A stretch of 64,000 nt of DNA, taken from an uncultured bacterium. Lineage in GTDB: Bacteria; Patescibacteriota; Patescibacteriia; CAIQCM01. Below the pieces are notes generated by a model that worked only from the letters and a program-made list of their open reading frames with translations, made no database searches and was not told where the DNA came from. A program made the translations under genes and the position numbers. Shown one piece after another: positions 57,673 to 64,000 of this stretch (positions within the stretch are counted from its first letter, which is position 1; each line of letters opens with the position of its first letter). The stretch spans positions 643,740 to 707,739 of the forward strand of contig OY970181.1 of NCBI GenBank assembly GCA_963708045.1, read 5' to 3'.

Positions 57673-58709
57673 ATTTTTTATTTAAAAAATATAAAAATCT
57701 AGGAAAAGTAAAAGTTAAACGTTGGGTTCCGGCCGTGATCGTCGTTGGAATTATTTTATTCGTTTTTTGTTTTAATGTTATTCGTGACAACGTCGGAACA
57801 ATGACGCCTATTAAATGGGGTGTTACGTTCTCAAAAAAATATGCCGAAGAGCTTGGTTTGGATTGGAAGCATGTTTTTGTGGCGGCGCTAGACGAGCTTA
57901 ATGTAAAAAATTTCCGCCTTCCTATTCCTTGGGACAGCGTTGAATCGGTCCGCGGCACATATGACTTTAAAGACATAGACTGGATGTTGGACGAAGCGGA
58001 AAAAAGAAATGCCAAAGTTTTTTTGGCAATCGGACGGCGAACACCGCGTTGGCCAGAATGCCACACGCCAGAATGGGCCAAAACTTTGCGTCTCGCTGAT
58101 CAAAATCAACAACTTAAAAGTTTGTTGCGCGCCGAGGTAGAGCATTTTAAAGGCCGTAATTCGGTCGTTGCCTGGCAAATTGAAAACGAGCCGCTTTTAG
58201 ATGTTTTTGGCGTTTGTCCTCCAGGCGACGTTAAGTTTCTCTCCGAAGAGGTAAGGCTCGTTAAGTCGTTGGATAATTCTCGCCCAATTATTATTACCGA
58301 TTCCGGCGAATTGTCATTTTGGATTAGGACTGGCTGGCACGCCGACATTCTGGGAATTTCAATGTATCGCGCGAGTTGGAACAAATGGTTTGGCTATTTC
58401 TTTTACCCAATCACGCCGGCTTTTTATCGCGAAAAGGCACAAGCGGTTTATCCGATCGTAAAAAAAATCATCGTCACCGAACTTCAAGCTGAGCCATGGC
58501 CAGGCAATCAAAAGTCTATTCCCGAAACGTCAATTCCGGAACAATATCGTTCAATGAATATTCAGCGTTTTTATGACAATGTTGAATTTGCTCGGCGTGT
58601 TGGTTTTTCTGAAGTGTATTTGTGGGGTGTTGAGTGGTGGTATTGGATCCGCGAGCGCGGCGATTCATCTTTTTGGAATGCGGCCAGAAATTTATTTATG
58701 GAAAAATAA
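57669..58709 (+). CDS. membrane-anchored clan GH-A (GH5-like) glycoside hydrolase, paralogue of 2083..3135
   Basis: 'WQIENEPL' and 'VTELQAEPWPG' catalytic motifs; 'GRRTPRWPECH' and 'WGVEWWYW' shared with the first paralogue; ATGA overlap with the ATPase gene. Confidence 0.7.
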   Translation: MNFLFKKYKNLGKVKVKRWVPAVIVVGIILFVFCFNVIRDNVGTMTPIKWGVTFSKKYAEELGLDWKHVFVAALDELNVKNFRLPIPWDSVESVRGTYDFKDIDWMLDEAEKRNAKVFLAIGRRTPRWPECHTPEWAKTLRLADQNQQLKSLLRAEVEHFKGRNSVVAWQIENEPLLDVFGVCPPGDVKFLSEEVRLVKSLDNSRPIIITDSGELSFWIRTGWHADILGISMYRASWNKWFGYFFYPITPAFYREKAQAVYPIVKKIIVTELQAEPWPGNQKSIPETSIPEQYRSMNIQRFYDNVEFARRVGFSEVYLWGVEWWYWIRERGDSSFWNAARNLFMEK

Positions 58710-58717
58710 ATTTTGTT

Positions 58718-60043
58718 ATGCCTCAAGATAACGCAAAAGAAAAGCACTTGAATACGCCGGACATTGGATCGGTTGCCGAACATCGTCACGAGAAATTAGC
58801 TTTTCCCGAAGGTTTTTTGTGGGGGACAGCCACAGCTGCTTATCAGGTTGAAGGAAATAATGAACACACTGATTGGTGGCAGTGGGAAAAAGACAACCCG
58901 ACGCGCGTTCGCGAACCGTCGGGGCTTGCTGTTGATCATTATCATCGTTACGAAGCCGACTTGGATATGGCGGCAACGCTTGGAACGAAGCTGTATCGGT
59001 TTTCCATTGAGTGGGCACGCGTGGTGCCGCACGAAAACGCCATTGATCGCCACGAGCTGGAACATTATGGCAATATGCTTCGCGCTTGTCGTGCGCGCGG
59101 GCTTAAAACAATGGTCACGCTTCATCACTTCACTATTCCTGAGTGGTTAAAGGAAAAAGGCGGCTGGGAATGGTCGGGCGCAGCCAGTGCTTTTCGCGAT
59201 TTTGCGCGCCTTGTCGCTACCGAGTATCTTGATCTGGTTGATTATTGGATTACGATTAACGAACCCATGGTTATTGTTTCTCAAGGATATGTAACAGCGG
59301 TTTGGGCGCCGGCCAAACGCAATTATTTTTCCGCTTACGTTGTTTACCGACATTTGGTTTCCGCGCACAAGCAAGCGTATCGGGCGATTCATGAGGTCGC
59401 GGAAAAGCAAAAGAAAAACGTGCTAGTCGGCGCCGCTAATAATCTTATTTCGCTTTCCGCTTATAATCGTCACCGTTTTGCCGATCGCTGGTATGTTTGG
59501 TTAATGGATAGAATTTGGAACCATGCGTTTATTGACGCGACCAAAGGATGTCATGATTATTTGGGCGTTAATTATTATTTTCACCAAAGAATTGATCCGG
59601 GAAAAAAACGGATTATGGGGGTGATTGTGGACATCCGCGAGGAACAGCGCGATATGTCGGACATTGGTTGGGAAGTTTTTCCCGCCGGGCTTTTTGACGC
59701 GCTTTTAGATATTTCCAATTACAAACTGCCGATAATAATTACGGAAAACGGGATCGCGACCAAAAATGACGACCGGCGCGCGCGATATATTGTTTCATAT
59801 ATTAAAGAGCTTTATCACACGATCGCCGCGGGAATTGATGTGCGCGGTTATTGCTATTGGTCGCTTTTGGATAATTTTGAATGGGAAAAAGGTTTTGGCG
59901 CGAGTTTTGGACTAATAGAAGTTAAACAGCCGACCTTGGAGCGTTCGTTTAAACCTTCGGCCAAAATTTATGGAATGATTGCCAAAGAAAATGGCATCCC
60001 ACACGAACTGCTCCGATTTGTCGGACACGAGGCGAAGCTGTAA
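58718..60043 (+). CDS. GH1 beta-glucosidase/beta-galactosidase
   Basis: 'TINEPMV' acid/base and 'IIITENGIA' nucleophile motifs; 'FLWGTATAAYQVEG' N-terminal signature. Confidence 0.85.
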   Translation: MPQDNAKEKHLNTPDIGSVAEHRHEKLAFPEGFLWGTATAAYQVEGNNEHTDWWQWEKDNPTRVREPSGLAVDHYHRYEADLDMAATLGTKLYRFSIEWARVVPHENAIDRHELEHYGNMLRACRARGLKTMVTLHHFTIPEWLKEKGGWEWSGAASAFRDFARLVATEYLDLVDYWITINEPMVIVSQGYVTAVWAPAKRNYFSAYVVYRHLVSAHKQAYRAIHEVAEKQKKNVLVGAANNLISLSAYNRHRFADRWYVWLMDRIWNHAFIDATKGCHDYLGVNYYFHQRIDPGKKRIMGVIVDIREEQRDMSDIGWEVFPAGLFDALLDISNYKLPIIITENGIATKNDDRRARYIVSYIKELYHTIAAGIDVRGYCYWSLLDNFEWEKGFGASFGLIEVKQPTLERSFKPSAKIYGMIAKENGIPHELLRFVGHEAKL

Positions 60044-60053
60044 GATGCACGTA

Positions 60054-60083
60054 TCATGAACCATGAACCATGAACCATGAATC
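60054..60083. repeat. tandem heptamer (CCATGAA) x4
   Basis: 'ATCATGAACCATGAACCATGAACCATGAATCAT' just upstream of the exonuclease gene. Confidence 0.6.
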
Positions 60084-60098
60084 ATTAACTACTCATTA

Positions 60099-60707
60099 AT
60101 GGATGGTACGTGGTACATGATCATAAACAATATGCGCGAAATCGTTTTAGACATAGAAACGCAAAATTTAATTGAACGCGGTAATGGCGGAATGAATAAA
60201 CTAAAAATTTCCTTCGTGGGAATTTTTGATTATCAAACCCGCACCTACGACGGTTTTTTTGAACAAGACCTGCCGCGGCTTTGGAAAATTTTGGAACACA
60301 GCGATCGGATCATTGGCTACAACACCAAGGGTTTTGATGTTCCAGTGATGAATGGTTATTATCCTGGCGATTTATTTAAGATTGGACAGCTGGATATGAT
60401 GGAAGAAGTTGCCAAACACACCGGTTTCCGACTTAAACTAGACGACCTCGCGCACGCCACTTTGGGTATTGGGAAGTCGGGGAGCGGCTTGGATGCGGTA
60501 AAGTATTGGCAAGCCGGGGAATTAGACAAACTGCGCGAATATTGTCTTATGGACGTCAAAGTCACCAAGGAACTTTATGAACACGGACGGACGCAAGGCA
60601 AAGTTTTTTACTTTGATCGTTTTAAAAATGAAAAAATAGAAGTGCCGGTAAATTTTATCCCGCCCAAAATTGAAAAACCAGCAATGAATTTATCGCTGGG
60701 GTTTTAA
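60099..60707 (+). CDS. DEDD-family 3'-5' exonuclease (RNase H-like fold)
   Basis: Exo I 'LDIETQN', Exo II 'IGYNTKGFDVP', Exo III 'YCLMDVKVT'. Confidence 0.6.
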   Translation: MDGTWYMIINNMREIVLDIETQNLIERGNGGMNKLKISFVGIFDYQTRTYDGFFEQDLPRLWKILEHSDRIIGYNTKGFDVPVMNGYYPGDLFKIGQLDMMEEVAKHTGFRLKLDDLAHATLGIGKSGSGLDAVKYWQAGELDKLREYCLMDVKVTKELYEHGRTQGKVFYFDRFKNEKIEVPVNFIPPKIEKPAMNLSLGF

Positions 60708-60711
60708 GTTT

Positions 60712-61647
60712 TTAAACCGGACTCTTTTTGCGTTCGCTTAGGCGTAGCCAGATGGGCATAAAAGTTACCCAGGGGATAATGGCAAAGACGAGCGGTAGGA
60801 CAACGCTTGGGCGCGGGAAAAATTGGCTGGCGAGATAAATTGCCAAAGTAAAATTCATACACGCAAGCGAAATGGAAACGGTTTGTCTGGTTTCGTGCGT
60901 TTCCCAAGAAAAGCTGTAGTAGCCGATAATGTTGGTAATAAGAAAAAAGGCGTAAAGAATGGCGATCGTCAAAATTAAATTTTTCCAATCCGAAGTAATG
61001 GCTTCGGCCGCGCCGACTTGTTTACCGACGGCGCCAGCGATAATCAGTCCCAAGGCAACAAAAGAAAATACTTTTGTTTTGTTTTTTATTTGCGCGACCG
61101 TCTTTGGCCAAATGGCGCGGACGATTGCCGCTAAAACAAAAGGAATAAAGATAACCGTTGCGAGTTGAACGAAAATATCTGTGGCATTAACGCTAATGTT
61201 GGCACCAAAGAGAAATTTGGTAAGAGTGGGGATGGTAAACGGCGCGAAAAGCGAGGTTGTGGCCGTTAAGATCATCGTGATTGACGCTTTGCCGCCGTTT
61301 AATTCAACAAGCAGTGGCGCGGTCATACCAATCGGCATCGCGGCGAGGAGGTAAATGGCAAAAATAATATCCGCTGGCCAAATCAGCCAAACCAGCCAGA
61401 CTAAAGTTGGAAAGACAATCAACATCAGCGCGTTCGCCAGCAATAAAAATTTCCAGTCCTTTACATAATCAATGTACGAGTGAAAATTAATTTTTAAGCA
61501 GGAAAGGAAGAAAATAATTTGTAAAAAAATAGTGTTCCATTGTCCAAGGTCGTGGGCGTGCGGCACAAACATTCCCGCCAAAACGGCAACGGCCATCGTT
61601 AGAATATAGGATTGTGAGATAATGAATTTAAGAATACCTTTTAACAT
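60712..61647 (-). CDS. BASS/AEC-like polytopic membrane transporter (paralogue A)
   Basis: 311 aa with about 9 TM helices; about 45% identical to 61957..62865 ('FIPFVLAAIVRAIWPKT' versus 'FIPFAIAMIVKNIIPKT'). Confidence 0.5.
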   Translation of the reverse strand: MLKGILKFIISQSYILTMAVAVLAGMFVPHAHDLGQWNTIFLQIIFFLSCLKINFHSYIDYVKDWKFLLLANALMLIVFPTLVWLVWLIWPADIIFAIYLLAAMPIGMTAPLLVELNGGKASITMILTATTSLFAPFTIPTLTKFLFGANISVNATDIFVQLATVIFIPFVLAAIVRAIWPKTVAQIKNKTKVFSFVALGLIIAGAVGKQVGAAEAITSDWKNLILTIAILYAFFLITNIIGYYSFSWETHETRQTVSISLACMNFTLAIYLASQFFPRPSVVLPLVFAIIPWVTFMPIWLRLSERKKSPV

Positions 61648-61746
61648 AGAATGGAATTATACAATATAGTTAATAACTTGCATAAATTTATAAAAACTTT
61701 GTTTAGTTAATTTAAACAAAAAACAACCAAAGGGTTGTTTTTTATA

Positions 61747-61819
61747 TCGGGCTGGCGGGGCTCGAACCCACGACCTCACGGTCCCGAACCGTGCGTTCTA
61801 CCTACTGAACTACAGCCCG
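61747..61819 (-). tRNA. tRNA-Pro(CGG)
   Basis: Reverse complement folds as a cloverleaf: 7-bp acceptor CGGGCTG/CAGCCCG, D-arm GTTC/GAAC, anticodon stem CACGG/CCGTG with loop TTCGGGA (anticodon CGG, G37), T-arm GTGGG-TTCGAGC-CCCGC, discriminator A; CCA not encoded; hairpin terminator at 61719..61745. Confidence 0.85.
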
Positions 61820-61956
61820 AAGCGGGGAGTAAAGTGGTTGCGCTTGCGCAAACACTTTCTCCGAACGAGTGAATGTATTGCCGAGACAATACAGCCTAAC
61901 GACGAGTCAATAATGTAACACCTATGTTAATTTCTTTCAAGACTTAAGTAAAAAGC

Positions 61957-62865
61957 TTATTGTCTAATGATTCTCCTCCAAATCGGCATAAAGGTCGCCC
62001 AAGGGATGATGGCGAGGACAAGGGGAAGAATAACTTGATGGCGCGGGAAGAATTGGCTCGCCAAAAAGATCGCGAGCGTAAAATTCATATAGGCGAGAGA
62101 AATGGATGCGGTTTGTTTGATCTCGCGCTTTTCCCAATAAAAGGAAAAATATCCAGCCAAATGAATAATGAGAAAGAAGACGTAAAGGGCGATGATGGTT
62201 CCAAGGAAAATCCAAAACGACGCGGCCATTTGCGTAATTGCGCCGGATTGTTTGGCAACGGCGCCGGCGATGAGTAGGCCGAGGAGAATAAGCGAAATTG
62301 GTTTGGTATTGTCTTTTATTTTTTCAATCGTTTTTGGAATAATATTTTTTACAATCATCGCAATTGCGAAGGGGATAAAGATAACGATCGCGAGCTCTGT
62401 AAACATACTGGTCGCGTTTACGTCCACGCTCGTGCCAAAGAAAATTTTTGTAAGCAAAGGGACGGTAAATGGCGCGAGAAGCGAGGTCGTCACAGTCAAA
62501 ACCATCGCAATTGATTGAATGCCGCCGCCAACTTCGGCGAGGAGCGGCGCGGTCATACCGACCGGCATTGCCGCGAGGAGAAACAGGGCAAAACCAAAAT
62601 CTGTCGGATGGATTAGATTAAATATCCAAACAACGGCGGGAAAAATTATTAACATTAGTAGATTAGCGAGCGTCAGCATTTTCCAGTCTTTAAAATGCGA
62701 AAGAACGGTTTTTAAATCAATTTTAAGGCACGAAATAAAAAAGATTACTTGTAAAATAAGCGTGTTCCACGCAATTAAATATTGGGCGTGTGGAAGAAAA
62801 ATTCCCGCTAAAATCGCGACCAAGGTAATAATGATATACCGCTCCGCAAGCAGTTTTTTAAACAT
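61957..62865 (-). CDS. BASS/AEC-like polytopic membrane transporter (paralogue B)
   Basis: 302 aa with the same topology and conserved blocks as 60712..61647. Confidence 0.5.
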   Translation of the reverse strand: MFKKLLAERYIIITLVAILAGIFLPHAQYLIAWNTLILQVIFFISCLKIDLKTVLSHFKDWKMLTLANLLMLIIFPAVVWIFNLIHPTDFGFALFLLAAMPVGMTAPLLAEVGGGIQSIAMVLTVTTSLLAPFTVPLLTKIFFGTSVDVNATSMFTELAIVIFIPFAIAMIVKNIIPKTIEKIKDNTKPISLILLGLLIAGAVAKQSGAITQMAASFWIFLGTIIALYVFFLIIHLAGYFSFYWEKREIKQTASISLAYMNFTLAIFLASQFFPRHQVILPLVLAIIPWATFMPIWRRIIRQ

Positions 62866-62924
62866 ATTTGGATATTATACCAAACCATTTCCAAAGACGC
62901 CCGTATTGGTTATAATCAAGGCCA

Positions 62925-63803
62925 ATGGATTTGAGCATTATTATTGTAACTTGGAATAGCGTGGGAGAGATCGCGGCTTCGTTGCGGTCTATTTTTGCTT
63001 ATGCAAACGGGCTTAAATGCGAGGTTTTCGTTATAGACAACGCTTCAACGGACGGGACGCGGCGTGTGGTTGAAAACGTAATCAAAGACGAGGGGCACGT
63101 TCGCGTTAAGTTGATTTGTAACGACCGGAATCTTGGTTTTGCCGCGGCTGTAAATCAAGGAATCGTAAAAAGCACCGGGGCATATGTTTTGCTTTTAAAC
63201 CCCGACACCGAACTTACGAGCGGGTGCCTAGAAACAATGTTGGAGTATTTAAAAACGCGACCCGAGGTCGGAGTCGCGGGCGGAAAGGTACTAAACACCG
63301 ACGGCTCGCTTCAACCGTCGGTGCGACGATTCCCAAAGGTCGGGGATCAGGCGATTATTCTACTTAAGTTGCATAATTTTTTTCCTAAAATTGTCGCGAA
63401 ATATTTTTGCGAAGGTTTTGACTATAACCGCGAAGCAGAGGTTGACCAAGTTCGCGGCGCATATTTTTGGATCAATAGAAAATTAATAGACAAGATCGGC
63501 AGTCTTGATGCAAAGAATTTTTTTATTTGGTTTGAAGAAGTTGATTATTGTTGGCGCGCCAAAGACGCGGGTTATAAAGTAATGTATGTTCCCGAGTCGG
63601 TCGCGAAACACCAAGGCGGCGCAAGTTTTATTCAAGAGGTTTCAATTAAAAAACAGCGCTGGTTAAACGCGAGCATGCGCAATTATTTTAAAAAACGGAA
63701 AATGTATTTTTCTTGGCTTGTCGTTTCCGTTTTATCGCCATTCTCGCTCGCGCTCGCTTTTCTTGTTCAGCATCTTAAAATTAAACCGCGAAAATATGTT
63801 TAA
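62925..63803 (+). CDS. GT2 glycosyltransferase
   Basis: 'LSIIIVTWNS', 'VFVIDNASTDGT', 'GFAAAVNQG', 'LNPD', 'YFWINRKL' GT2_2 pattern. Confidence 0.8.
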   Translation: MDLSIIIVTWNSVGEIAASLRSIFAYANGLKCEVFVIDNASTDGTRRVVENVIKDEGHVRVKLICNDRNLGFAAAVNQGIVKSTGAYVLLLNPDTELTSGCLETMLEYLKTRPEVGVAGGKVLNTDGSLQPSVRRFPKVGDQAIILLKLHNFFPKIVAKYFCEGFDYNREAEVDQVRGAYFWINRKLIDKIGSLDAKNFFIWFEEVDYCWRAKDAGYKVMYVPESVAKHQGGASFIQEVSIKKQRWLNASMRNYFKKRKMYFSWLVVSVLSPFSLALAFLVQHLKIKPRKYV

Positions 63804-64000
63804 GGTTGCGGTTCAGCTCTTGTCATGGAACGGCGAAAAACACCTTCGCGCTTGCTTGGAGTCGCTTGCTAAGCAAACTTATGTTGATTTTGAATTGTTA
63901 GTTTTGGATAGCGGTTCAACCGACAACTCGGTTCTGGTTATTGAAGACGTTTTAAAAACTTTTCCGCGTCCTGCGCGTCTTATTAAATTAGAAAAAAATC
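63796..64000 (+). CDS. GT2 glycosyltransferase (5' fragment, truncated by window end)
   Basis: 'MFKVAVQLLSWNGEKHLRACLESLAKQTYVDFELLVLDSGSTDNS'; ATG overlaps the upstream stop (ATGTTTAA). Confidence 0.6.
   Translation, partial: MFKVAVQLLSWNGEKHLRACLESLAKQTYVDFELLVLDSGSTDNSVLVIEDVLKTFPRPARLIKLEKN

Noticed and set aside
60054-60083. Possible CRISPR-like or other repeat array
   Set aside because: It has only a 7-nt unit in perfect tandem with no spacers. No repeat-spacer architecture or cas genes occur anywhere in the window.

Overview
This 64-kb window looks like a small-genome, low-to-moderate GC bacterium. Gene content suggests a Patescibacteria/CPR-like lifestyle: membrane-anchored glycoside hydrolases, giant surface proteins, many ABC exporters, and no canonical respiratory chain. 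This lineage call is inference only. Coding density is high, almost entirely on the + strand, with a few convergent minus-strand blocks. Backbone genes include a histidine kinase with a receiver protein, two paralogous clan GH-A hydrolases plus a GH1 beta-glucosidase, gpmI, lgt, a P-type ATPase, a MacAB-like efflux system, four ABC exporter genes, GT2 and GT28 glycosyltransferases, and tRNA-Pro(CGG). Four regions stand out. First, a tight three-gene operon (21.0-23.3 kb) encodes a protein with a C-terminal UBC/E2-like 'HPH..C' motif, a minimal ThiF/E1-like enzyme and a beta-grasp ubiquitin-like protein. It sits in a somewhat GC-richer segment beside a dCTP-deaminase-family gene and looks like a bacterial ubiquitin-like conjugation system. 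Second, a six-gene complex-I / group-4-hydrogenase-like operon (38.4-45.5 kb) has a NuoB homologue with no cysteines at all and a NuoCD/HycE-like large subunit lacking the NiFe cysteine motifs, and the window holds no ferredoxin subunit. This is a cofactor-less Ehr-type membrane module, preceded by a protein with a beta-carbonic-anhydrase-like CxDxR...HxxC signature. Third, an AT-rich island (45.6-49.9 kb) carries a transmembrane KAP-family P-loop NTPase and an apparently frame-shifted gene, bounded by strong palindromic hairpins and followed by a GC-rich segment of uncertain coding. Fourth, a cell-surface locus (3.3-11.5 kb) contains a 1662-aa beta-helix-like giant protein, a protein with a type-I dockerin, a cohesin-like membrane-anchored protein and small proteins sharing the giant protein's C-terminal domain. 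No CRISPR array, transposase or integrase was found.
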